A DNA stretch of 64,000 bases. It comes from a virus. The notes under the pieces were generated by a model that saw nothing but the letters and a program-made list of their open reading frames with translations, did not search any database and was not told where the DNA came from. Positions within the stretch are counted from its first letter, which is position 1. Every line of letters begins with the position of its first letter. The DNA lies in the IMG/VR virus record IMGVR_UViG_3300032285_001177, one strand, 5' to 3'. Of this stretch, positions 8,266-16,788 are shown piece by piece. The translations under genes were made by a program, and so were the position numbers.

Positions 8266-9033
8266 TTATTTCTCCTGTTTAAACTGCCACATTCCTTGTT
8301 TTTCACCTTGAATAATTAACTCTTCCACTGCCCTATCTGTAGCAGACTTGATAGCGTGGATACTTGCTTCAGTTTGTGATATACCAATCTCAGACTCAAA
8401 GTTTTTAGTGCCATTATCAAAGAACTTAAATACTGCAACACCTATCGTATAGCTTAATATAGTTTTCTGAGTATTCACTGTTAATAATACTTCACCCGTT
8501 TGTGTACTAATAGCACGAATGCTGATAGTCACTACGTCTTCCTGATACTGTTGATCAGGACCGATCCCGAGATATCGAACTCCAATACCACCTGTTCGTA
8601 TATTGGTGTCATAAGAAACTATGCCACCTTCAATCATCATGCCCGCATAGAGTATAGGACCAAGACCTTTATGATCATTTGCCTCTTCTCTTGCAGATCG
8701 AATTAGTTGTCTTTCTTTAAGTAGGTTATCAAGACCTACACGTTCTACGATCCTAAACCACTTACCATCACCAGCTTCTTGTAATGATTTGATTAATACT
8801 GTCTCGCCGCCTTGGGTTACAGCAGTTGAGAACTTAGCTATATTACCTGAATCTTTTCTTTGTCCAGTCTTATCACCAAACCCATATAGTGCAACTACGA
8901 TCTTACCATCCTTTGGTGGCGGGATGTGTTTCTTAACCTTAACTTCAGGTATAAGTTCTGCATCCTTCTTGATAGGGATCGGTCCGCATCCTGTCAAGAA
9001 AACACATAACAAAACTAACAGTAACTTTTTCAT
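8266..9033 (-). CDS. csgG: Curli secretion channel CsgG-like lipoprotein
   Basis: Lipobox FLTGC; YGFGDKTGQRK, FSTAVTQG, WFRIVERVGLDNLLKERQLIR, EGGIVSYD. Confidence 0.93.
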   Translation of the reverse strand: MKKLLLVLLCVFLTGCGPIPIKKDAELIPEVKVKKHIPPPKDGKIVVALYGFGDKTGQRKDSGNIAKFSTAVTQGGETVLIKSLQEAGDGKWFRIVERVGLDNLLKERQLIRSAREEANDHKGLGPILYAGMMIEGGIVSYDTNIRTGGIGVRYLGIGPDQQYQEDVVTISIRAISTQTGEVLLTVNTQKTILSYTIGVAVFKFFDNGTKNFESEIGISQTEASIHAIKSATDRAVEELIIQGEKQGMWQFKQEK

Positions 9034-9473
9034 TAGAATTTTAATGTTCCGATTGGTATATCTACTTGAGTTACAGTGCCATCTGCAGCCGTAACCGTTA
9101 ATGATATAGAGTCAGCATTCTTAACATATACTATGGTGTTACCTTCAATGGTAACGGTACCACTGTTCTGTGGATTCTCACCAAAAAGGTTATTGATTAA
9201 TTGTGTAGATAGTTGAGCATAGACTCTGCTCTCAAAGTTGTTAAGGAACTTAGCTAGGTTTGTATTTTTAGCTGCGGCGGCCGCGTCCTTTGCTGCTTGT
9301 AGCTTCGCGTCTTCTATTGCTTTCTTACGCGTGCTCTCTGTGTTCTCGATCGTTTGTACGTGAGAACTATATCCTATCCCGTTGAAGGATGGAGACTTAA
9401 ACTGATACGTAAGCTCCGCATGGGCGCTACTTGTCGTTATCAGTAAAAATATTAGGCTTCTTGTGAACTTCAT
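9033..9473 (-). CDS. csgF: Curli assembly factor CsgF-like
   Basis: Signal peptide then ELTYQFKSPSFNG (CsgF N-terminal F.NPSFGG-like motif); adjacent to csgG. Confidence 0.85.
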   Translation of the reverse strand: MKFTRSLIFLLITTSSAHAELTYQFKSPSFNGIGYSSHVQTIENTESTRKKAIEDAKLQAAKDAAAAAKNTNLAKFLNNFESRVYAQLSTQLINNLFGENPQNSGTVTIEGNTIVYVKNADSISLTVTAADGTVTQVDIPIGTLKF

Positions 9474-9711
9474 CTTGTTCCTTGTCTCTTAGAGATAAAA
9501 TGACGTTCACTTTTTGATTAAGTCTAATAAGATCGTTATCTAACATCCTAACACGATCGATCAGTTCAATCAATACCTTATTTGATTCACCTATTACAGG
9601 GTCGATTTCCTCAGTTACCCACTTCCAAATATAGTAGACGAAGTACCCTAATCCGCCTGCTGCTATAATGGGAAACCCATACTTATTAACTAAATCTGCA
9701 AACTCTTCCAT
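9427..9711 (-). CDS. Small membrane protein (one TM plus coiled coil), paralogue of 9860..10138
   Basis: MEEFADLVNKYGFPIIAAGGLGYFVYY...LDNDLIRL; shares GFPI.AAG..GYFV and D.IR with its paralogue. Confidence 0.75.
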   Translation of the reverse strand: MEEFADLVNKYGFPIIAAGGLGYFVYYIWKWVTEEIDPVIGESNKVLIELIDRVRMLDNDLIRLNQKVNVILSLRDKEQDEVHKKPNIFTDNDK

Positions 9712-9860
9712 TATTCTTCCGTTGGTAGTGGATCTATAACCCAACATCTTAGTTGTCCACCAATAATCATACAGTTTGGTGGTACATGTATTCTCTTCTT
9801 ACGTGGTTGTTCAGCGTATGCTATGCCACTAATCAATAATAGTATGATTAATAGTCTCAT
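9711..9860 (-). CDS. Small secreted peptide (49 aa) with two cysteines
   Basis: MRLLIILLLISGIAYA|EQPRKKRIHVPPNCMIIGGQLRCWVIDPLPTEE; TAATG coupling at both ends; absent from the ORF track. Confidence 0.65.
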   Translation of the reverse strand: MRLLIILLLISGIAYAEQPRKKRIHVPPNCMIIGGQLRCWVIDPLPTEE

Positions 9861-10138
9861 TAATCTCTTCTTGCATCTGATTGCTCAGCTCTTGCAATCC
9901 TATCTAGATCAGGTGGGATGCCTAATGCATGACTTACTTTTGTATCAATACGGATAACATCATGGTTCATGGCTGCTACACGTCTATCCAAAGCTTTGAT
10001 AATATTTGACATGCCCTTTACAGATCCAGTAACACCATCGAGGATGAACTTAACTGTAAGGAACACAAAGTAACCTGCCGCACCAGCTGCAGCAATTGGA
10101 AACCCTAAATCGGCAACTAGTTTTAGTATATCTCCCAT
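9860..10138 (-). CDS. Small membrane protein, first gene of the curli-like operon
   Basis: GFPIAAAGAAGYFVF TM segment followed by a coiled coil. Confidence 0.75.
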   Translation of the reverse strand: MGDILKLVADLGFPIAAAGAAGYFVFLTVKFILDGVTGSVKGMSNIIKALDRRVAAMNHDVIRIDTKVSHALGIPPDLDRIARAEQSDARRD

Positions 10139-10143
10139 ATACC

Positions 10144-10151
10144 TATTTATA
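10144..10151 (-). promoter_or_regulatory. T4-type late promoter heading the curli-like operon
   Basis: Exact TATAAATA 5 nt upstream of the ATG at 10138. Confidence 0.7.
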
Positions 10152-10174
10152 TGGATTGATCTTAGGTAGGAGAA

Positions 10175-11473
10175 CTACTTATCTTTTTTTACAAACCCAA
10201 CACCTCTATTTGTTATAGATTCTTGGGCTCTTAGTTCTCTTGTTTTTAACATATCAACTTTACGTACAACAGGGTCAGCATCATACTTTTCATTTAATCT
10301 ATCTATTGAATTCAAAGGCTTATGATTAAGTTCTTCAACCTCATCTTCAATAGTTTTAGATGGACTATTGTATTCATTGATGTTTATACCTAAAGATGGT
10401 TCTTCAGGTGGAGGGGGTGGCGGTGTTGGTATTACTTCTTCATAATGGTCACCGTCATTACCATTCTGTCCGATTATATCAGTTCTTATATCATCCTTAG
10501 GCCATTCAACCTGAGCGGGTTCTTCGGGTCTTGGATCAAAGTCTTCTGTAGCTAAAAGAGTATCATCCCAATTTGCCCACGGATTCTCACTCTTTGGTTG
10601 CCATACTTGTTCCCATCCGTCTGGTGTCCTTCCAGCTAAAGCATCTGCATAACCTTTAACTACTTCTGGATCATTTTCTTTTTCTACTATTGGTTCAATA
10701 GGCTTTCTTTTTTTTAGAGACCAGTTAACTGCGACTAACATAAGAACTGCAAGAGGATCAAATACTGCTACGATCATGAGGATAACAATCCTGACCGCCT
10801 TCTCTAAAAGAGTTTGGTCAAGACTGTCACCATATATCAATGCTGCAATATATTTTATTGGCCCGACTTCGGCTTCGACTTTCCTGAGTTGACTTGCCAC
10901 TGGTTGCCTTTCTTCATTGAGCTTCGCGATCTTTGTCTGCGAGGCTTCGATTGTGGCGTAGAGGGATTTGCGTTCTTTGGATTGGCCTTTTCTGATCGAT
11001 ATTGATCTAGAGACACCACTGTCGTCGGTGGCTCCGGCTGTACGTGACAAGGTTTGGTCAACTTGCGAATCCAGTTGAGAAAGAGATTTACGAGCTTCAT
11101 TAATTGTTTCCTTTTCTGTCTTGAGTTTCTCATCTATTAGTGATAGTTTTGATGAGACATCTCCAGTTGGGACTGCTTGATCTAAGTGTGCCTTAGATAA
11201 GAATCCAAATATGCCCATCGATGTGAGCGTCATAAGAATGATTAGTGCTGAGGTAAAATATATCTTGAATAGTCTTGGAACCTCCTTCCAGTTTCTATAT
11301 AGCCATGATGCTACCACTAACTTAGACACTTCTAAGATAGATCCCATCACCATGATAGGGATTGCTGCCGCAGCAAAGATTGCTACCAAACCTGCGATAG
11401 AATAGAACGCAGCGATGCAACTCAGCGAGATAGCTGAGACAAACATTACACTGGTCATTACTTTATCGTTCAT
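10175..11473 (-). CDS. Multi-pass membrane protein with coiled coil and acidic Pro-rich tail
   Basis: Three N-terminal TMs, long coiled coil, VFDPLAV TM segment. Confidence 0.7.
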   Translation of the reverse strand: MNDKVMTSVMFVSAISLSCIAAFYSIAGLVAIFAAAAIPIMVMGSILEVSKLVVASWLYRNWKEVPRLFKIYFTSALIILMTLTSMGIFGFLSKAHLDQAVPTGDVSSKLSLIDEKLKTEKETINEARKSLSQLDSQVDQTLSRTAGATDDSGVSRSISIRKGQSKERKSLYATIEASQTKIAKLNEERQPVASQLRKVEAEVGPIKYIAALIYGDSLDQTLLEKAVRIVILMIVAVFDPLAVLMLVAVNWSLKKRKPIEPIVEKENDPEVVKGYADALAGRTPDGWEQVWQPKSENPWANWDDTLLATEDFDPRPEEPAQVEWPKDDIRTDIIGQNGNDGDHYEEVIPTPPPPPPEEPSLGININEYNSPSKTIEDEVEELNHKPLNSIDRLNEKYDADPVVRKVDMLKTRELRAQESITNRGVGFVKKDK

Positions 11474-11751
11474 CTTTTCTTATTCCTTATTCGCGCTTCT
11501 GCAATGAGAGCGTCTTGTATACGGATCTTATCGTCTTGATCTTTAATCTTTTTATTCTGTTGATCTATGCGCCTGTTAGCTATCTGCAACTCTTCGTATA
11601 CTCCTTGAGTTACTTGTGCTTGTTGGTTTAATAGAACGTTTAATGATACTATCTTACTATCATATTCATTTAACTTGCATACACCCACTATAACGCCGTA
11701 TACACATAACAATGATAGTACTACTAACACATAACCTATAATCTTACTCAT
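11470..11751 (-). CDS. Hypothetical membrane-anchored coiled-coil protein
   Basis: 93-aa ORF with N-terminal TM. Confidence 0.6.
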   Translation of the reverse strand: MSKIIGYVLVVLSLLCVYGVIVGVCKLNEYDSKIVSLNVLLNQQAQVTQGVYEELQIANRRIDQQNKKIKDQDDKIRIQDALIAEARIRNKKR

Positions 11752-12172
11752 ATTTAATATGACTCCTATGTACCCGACAGTTTACGATACCGTTGTACCA
11801 CATGTCAGGATGTTCAAGCACTTCATTAATCATCTGGAACTTGGCCTCAAAGTATGAGGCTGTCCCCTTAGATAGACAAAACATCAGGATTTCCCGTTTG
11901 AACTTATCTTCTCCGAGTGTTTTGACATCATCGATAACTTCCTTTGATGAAGACCAGTAGGTCTTCCAGTCCGATTCGATCTTACTTCGGATCTTCTTTT
12001 TCTTCTTGACACCGCTCTTAAGAGTAACCGTTCTTGTAGCAGTCTTAGAAAATTTAGTGAGTTTTTTACCAATATACTTTTTATTGGTAACGCAGTTAGT
12101 AATGATATATACAAACCCAACATATTTATCGTCAATAGTCTCAACGGGCACATTGTTGTAGGTCCATGTCAT
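11744..12172 (-). CDS. GIY-YIG endonuclease
   Basis: GFVYIITN...KKYIGKK motif. Confidence 0.8.
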   Translation of the reverse strand: MTWTYNNVPVETIDDKYVGFVYIITNCVTNKKYIGKKLTKFSKTATRTVTLKSGVKKKKKIRSKIESDWKTYWSSSKEVIDDVKTLGEDKFKREILMFCLSKGTASYFEAKFQMINEVLEHPDMWYNGIVNCRVHRSHIKYE

Positions 12173-12312
12173 TCGTCTTCATCTTCTTCATAGATATCGG
12201 CTCCACATACTGGACAGTATACGATGTCTTCTGCGGTAACATCGTTAGTCTTTATGGTGACTTTACCTATGCTCTCACAGTTTTCACATTCGAAATACTT
12301 TACTGATGCCAT
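12169..12312 (-). CDS. Small zinc-ribbon protein with acidic tail (47 aa)
   Basis: MASVKYFECENCESIGK...YCPVCGADIYEEDEDE; two CxxC; coupled to nrdB. Confidence 0.7.
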   Translation of the reverse strand: MASVKYFECENCESIGKVTIKTNDVTAEDIVYCPVCGADIYEEDEDE

Positions 12313-13292
12313 TACTTGGCTCCTCCCCAGACATCTTCCCAAGAACCTTTAAGTGCACCCTTAGCATAGTCGGTTACACGGTTCTCAAAGAAGTTACCAT
12401 GAACTGGAGCGTTGATCATCTCTTCAACCCATGGTAGTGGATTCTTTTTGCGTTTAAAAATACCCTTTAATCCTAACGAGATCAAACGTCTATCAGCGAT
12501 ATATCTAATATATTCTTTCACGTCTTCAGGTGTTAGGTCTCTCATATGGGTTCCAGCAAAAGATAGGTCGATGAACTTGTCTTCAAGCTCTACCATCTTT
12601 TCTGCTATAGTATATATGCGACCCTTTAAGTCATCATTCCAGATCTCGTTGTTCTCTTTGATGAATGTCTTAAACAACTTAATCATGTTCTCAGCGTGCA
12701 TGGTTTCATCTACGATTGACCATGTAACGATCTGACCCATGCCTTTCATTAACCCATGACGTGGGAAATTAAGGAGCATAATGAAGCTACTGAATAGCTG
12801 CATGCCCTCAGTGAAAGCACTAAAGACAGCAATATGAGTAGCAGTACTAGATAAGTTGCCGTTTTTGCTAGAAAGTTCCGTAACATAATCGTGTTTGTCC
12901 TTCATCTCTTGGTATTCAAGGAATTCATTATAAGTTGATTCAGGCATGCCAAGCGTCTCGATAAGATGCGAGTATGCTGCAATGTGTAATGCTTCACGAG
13001 CTGCAAAGCCCATCAACATCATTCTTACTTCAGGTTGTGGGAAGTATGGTAGATAGTTCTTAACATATCCACCTGCCACATCGATATCACCTTGTGTAAA
13101 GAACCTAAAGATGTTTGTAAGGAACTTCTTTTCCTCATCAGTTAGTTTCTTTTTCCAATCTTTAACATCTTCCGCCATCGGTACTTCAGTATGCAACCAA
13201 TGTGCTTGTTCATGTTTCAACCATGCATCGTATGCCCATGGATAGTTGAAAGGTTTGAAGTATTCCCGGGTATCTGTTAATTGATATGACAT
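12312..13292 (-). CDS. nrdB: Ribonucleotide reductase class Ia beta subunit
   Basis: FFTQGDIDV, EALHIAAYS, FTEGMQLFSSF, DETMH diiron motifs. Confidence 0.96.
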   Translation of the reverse strand: MSYQLTDTREYFKPFNYPWAYDAWLKHEQAHWLHTEVPMAEDVKDWKKKLTDEEKKFLTNIFRFFTQGDIDVAGGYVKNYLPYFPQPEVRMMLMGFAAREALHIAAYSHLIETLGMPESTYNEFLEYQEMKDKHDYVTELSSKNGNLSSTATHIAVFSAFTEGMQLFSSFIMLLNFPRHGLMKGMGQIVTWSIVDETMHAENMIKLFKTFIKENNEIWNDDLKGRIYTIAEKMVELEDKFIDLSFAGTHMRDLTPEDVKEYIRYIADRRLISLGLKGIFKRKKNPLPWVEEMINAPVHGNFFENRVTDYAKGALKGSWEDVWGGAK

Positions 13293-13834
13293 TAGATGTT
13301 CAGCTCTTTCTTAAGTTCGTTAAATAGGTCGATACAATAGTCAAAGCCTGTTAGTGCTTCTTCGGCTAGATCTACTGATATCTTAGAGTTAATTCCAGCA
13401 ATACACTGTCTGCTGTCTTCAAATTTATATGCATTCCCAGAACCAGGAATTAGTTTAGCTATCATCTTACCACCATATAGATCTCCCATGTGTCTAACAT
13501 ATACATGAGCCATGATCTTTTGCGGATCAGTGATGCTTAACTCTTTAAGGTGATCAATATATCGTTGAGTACTTTGGAATGGTGTACCTACTCCAACTCC
13601 AAACTCTTCAAGATCTTGCTTGATCTTATCTGTACGTCTAAGATCTGGTATGCCATCAAATAAGTAGATACGTTCAGCAGCTGATTCAATGGTATAGTAT
13701 ATATGATACATCTGCTGAAGGTAAACGATATAGTGTTCCTTAGTTATAGTACCAGTGAACATATACTTAACAAAGTCTGATGACTCTGCTTCTTTATGCT
13801 TTTCTCTGGTATATTCAGTAAGGACTGTTGCCAT
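13292..13834 (-). CDS. Heme oxygenase (Ho1-like)
   Basis: TREKHKEAE proximal His; AHVYVRHMGDLYGG distal helix. Confidence 0.88.
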   Translation of the reverse strand: MATVLTEYTREKHKEAESSDFVKYMFTGTITKEHYIVYLQQMYHIYYTIESAAERIYLFDGIPDLRRTDKIKQDLEEFGVGVGTPFQSTQRYIDHLKELSITDPQKIMAHVYVRHMGDLYGGKMIAKLIPGSGNAYKFEDSRQCIAGINSKISVDLAEEALTGFDYCIDLFNELKKELNI

Positions 13835-14550
13835 TATTTTGCTAGTGATAAGTTAAACTTAATACCAGTTGCTTGCTCGATTGCTGGCACTGTTACTTGA
13901 TACTTAGGTAAGTCTGCTACAGGTAATGCAGCGTTAGGCATTAAGTATGCTGTAGCTTTTTGGCTTTTCTTTTCATACACGATCTTGTATAAACGGGTAG
14001 GGATACCTAAACCATTACCGGTTTTAGGATGACCTGCATCAAAGATACCGCCTGAGATAATATAGAAGTCTGTGTTAGGTGTTAATGCCCATTGACGTTC
14101 ATATGTCTCTGCTTGTTTCCAAATACCACGGTTATTATTAGCAACTTGTGCTACCATGTTTGATAAGAAAAATGACTCTGACATGATATCAGCATTTTGT
14201 GTGTTGTTACCCGCTGGTGCCATATGACCACGATCATGGGTCTTACCAACTGTTGCGTAGTCAGCTAAAGATGCTGAGCAGTTTGGTGTTACTAATGGAT
14301 CTGGGCGGAAATCATCTTTACGTTTTGAACCACCATTGATTGCTGCTGGTGTTAAGTGTTCAAACACTGCAACTGGTGCCTTAGCTGCACAGCTATGGAT
14401 AACTGCATAGTTCTTGTGACATAGTTCTTGATCACCAGCTTTTGCTGTATATGTTGGTAATGCTGCTTCAAACTGACTACAATCTTTTAAACCTGCAAAT
14501 GCTGCTGTTGTTGCTGATGCAAAAAATAATGCTGCAATAATTTTCTTCAT
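13834..14550 (-). CDS. Secreted DNA/RNA non-specific endonuclease
   Basis: Signal peptide; DRGHMAPA, SFFLSNMVAQ..NNRGIW motifs. Confidence 0.92.
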   Translation of the reverse strand: MKKIIAALFFASATTAAFAGLKDCSQFEAALPTYTAKAGDQELCHKNYAVIHSCAAKAPVAVFEHLTPAAINGGSKRKDDFRPDPLVTPNCSASLADYATVGKTHDRGHMAPAGNNTQNADIMSESFFLSNMVAQVANNNRGIWKQAETYERQWALTPNTDFYIISGGIFDAGHPKTGNGLGIPTRLYKIVYEKKSQKATAYLMPNAALPVADLPKYQVTVPAIEQATGIKFNLSLAK

Positions 14551-14566
14551 ATTTTTCCTTTGTTAA

Positions 14567-16351
14567 TTAACCTTCACATGCCAAACATGTTTCGCCTTCA
14601 GTCATCGCTTTAAGATCTATCTCGGCGATCACTTCACGCTCAATACGTTTTGACACCTTATCTGCCTTAGCAATCTTATCACTTCGACAGTAGTACATAG
14701 TTTTAAGTTTTTGTTTCCATGCTTGAAAATGCACAGCATGAACATACTTAATATTACTATCTGGTCTAAAGAATACGTTCAAGCTTTGTGCCTGATCTAT
14801 ATATTCTTGTCTGTCTGCCGCATGTTGGACAACCCATCTTTGATCGATCTCCATAGAAGTCTTAAACACATCTTTGGCCCAATCGTCCAATATATCCAAA
14901 TGTTGTACTGAACCATCATTCGCAATGATTGAAGACCAAACCTCATCATACTTATCACCGGCTTTCTCCTTTATAATCTTGTCGAGGTACTGGTTCTTGT
15001 GTAGATGGGATCCTGATAAGGTGTCTTGTCTATAAGCATTGGCTCGAAACGGCTCGATTGAGGGGCTTGTATTTCCCATGAGGATAGAACTACTAGCGTT
15101 AGGAGCAATAGCCATAAGATGACTAAACCTATTACCCGTGCCTTCTGCGTCAGGGGCTTCTCCTCGTTCTTTACCCAACTGTTGATTGGCTTTATCAAGA
15201 TTGGATCGAATATGCTGGAAAATTTGCTTATTAAGACCTGTGGCCATCGCAGACTCCCACGGGATATTCTTTCGCTGCAGTAAAGCATGCCAACCAAGAG
15301 CACCAATACCAATGCTCCGTTCGCGAGTAGCAGAATAACGAGCACGCTTAATATAACTAGGAGCAGTGTCAATAAAATATTGAAGCACATTGTCCAGCAT
15401 CTCTGCAACATCTTTGAGGAAAAGTTTATCATTTTTCCAATCATCATAATACTCCAAGTTTAAACTAGATAAGCAGCAAACCGCTGTTCTCTTTTCATTA
15501 GTAGGTAAGATAATCTCAGAGCATAGGTTTGATTGATGTACTTTTAAACCTTTGTCCTTTAACCATTGTGGTAGTTTTCTATTAGACTCATCGATAAAAT
15601 GCAGGTATGGTTCACCCGTAGTGATACGTAGTTCTAATAGTTTTTGCCATAATTCTTTTGCTGATACAGTCTCTGTTACAACACCTGAATGTGGATCTTT
15701 TAATTCCCAATCATCGTTTGCTTCTGGATCCAACATACAGTTCTCAATGATCTCCATGAATGCATCAGGAATATTAACACCATGATGTAAGTTCAAGCAA
15801 CGCATGTTTTGGTCGCCTGTTGGCTTACGCATCTCAAGGAACATCAAGATGTCTGGATGAGAGATGTCTAAGTAAGCAGCATAAGAACCACGTCGTGTAC
15901 GACCTTGGCGATATGCCAAACTACTTGCGTCGTACATTTTAAGATGAGGCATAACACCTGTTGACTTGTCGTCAGCAGACCGTATCCCAAATCCGATCCC
16001 AACACCGCCACCAAGCATACTAAGCCAATTAGTCTCAGAAAGGTTTTCAACTAAGCCCTCCGCTGTATCTTCAATAAAGTTTAAAAAACAAGAGATCGGT
16101 AATCCTCTCTTGGATCTACCGAACGAGAGGATAGGTGTAGCATAGGATAACCAATGTTTACTGCTATACTCATATAATCTTTGTGCGTGAAATTTGTCTG
16201 ATGCGAATTGATTTGATACGAACGCGAACCTTTCTTGTGGGCTCTTCTCATCATCCTTCATATACGACTCTTTTAACCTAATCATTCCTAATTCATCGAA
16301 CAATGAATCTCGTGAATAGTCAATCTTTACTCCATGAACTTCTTCAGTCAT
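14567..16351 (-). CDS. nrdA: Ribonucleotide reductase class Ia alpha subunit (no ATP cone seen)
   Basis: PISCF, SNLCSEI, VCCLSS, APNASSS, TMYYCRS, C-terminal CLACEG. Confidence 0.96.
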   Translation of the reverse strand: MTEEVHGVKIDYSRDSLFDELGMIRLKESYMKDDEKSPQERFAFVSNQFASDKFHAQRLYEYSSKHWLSYATPILSFGRSKRGLPISCFLNFIEDTAEGLVENLSETNWLSMLGGGVGIGFGIRSADDKSTGVMPHLKMYDASSLAYRQGRTRRGSYAAYLDISHPDILMFLEMRKPTGDQNMRCLNLHHGVNIPDAFMEIIENCMLDPEANDDWELKDPHSGVVTETVSAKELWQKLLELRITTGEPYLHFIDESNRKLPQWLKDKGLKVHQSNLCSEIILPTNEKRTAVCCLSSLNLEYYDDWKNDKLFLKDVAEMLDNVLQYFIDTAPSYIKRARYSATRERSIGIGALGWHALLQRKNIPWESAMATGLNKQIFQHIRSNLDKANQQLGKERGEAPDAEGTGNRFSHLMAIAPNASSSILMGNTSPSIEPFRANAYRQDTLSGSHLHKNQYLDKIIKEKAGDKYDEVWSSIIANDGSVQHLDILDDWAKDVFKTSMEIDQRWVVQHAADRQEYIDQAQSLNVFFRPDSNIKYVHAVHFQAWKQKLKTMYYCRSDKIAKADKVSKRIEREVIAEIDLKAMTEGETCLACEG

Positions 16352-16361
16352 CGTAACTCCG

Positions 16362-16781
16362 TTATTTTTTAAGTTGTTTTTCTACTACTTGCTGTCTTAA
16401 TGCTGATGTTGAAAAGCGATGGTCTCTCTTATTGAAGTAGAGTTGGATGCCACGCTTCTTACAAATATCTTTCCCAGTAAAGTCTTGATCTCTGTATTCG
16501 TCACCTAGTATTCTTATATCTATATGATACATCTCAAGTATATCTTCAAGGTCTTTCTCAGTTCTATATACTACAATCTCATCTACGTACTTAACTGCTG
16601 ATAGTTGGACTTGTCTTTCAACTATGGTTTGGATTGGTGAGTTCTTAGTTTCTCGGTCAACTGACGGATCCACTTGTAATCCACATATCAAGTAGTCACA
16701 GTGTTCCTTTGCTTCCCTTAGCATGGTTATATGGCCAGCATGTAAGAGGTCAAACGTTGAAGCAGTAAAGCCTATTTTCAT
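16362..16781 (-). CDS. Glycerol-3-phosphate cytidylyltransferase-like (TagD family)
   Basis: FDLLHAGH motif; C-terminal HRFSTS. Confidence 0.85.
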   Translation of the reverse strand: MKIGFTASTFDLLHAGHITMLREAKEHCDYLICGLQVDPSVDRETKNSPIQTIVERQVQLSAVKYVDEIVVYRTEKDLEDILEMYHIDIRILGDEYRDQDFTGKDICKKRGIQLYFNKRDHRFSTSALRQQVVEKQLKK

Positions 16782-16788
16782 TTTGTAT

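Noticed and set aside
12169-12312. LysW/ArgW amino-group carrier protein
   Set aside because: It has a zinc ribbon and acidic tail but lacks the C-terminal EDWGE motif, and no LysX-type ligase is nearby.
13292-13834. Cyanophage assignment based on heme oxygenase, Hsp20 and the CobS-like gene
   Set aside because: No photosynthesis or bilin reductase genes are in the window; pqqA, the ROSE-like leader and IHF-type sites fit a proteobacterial host better.
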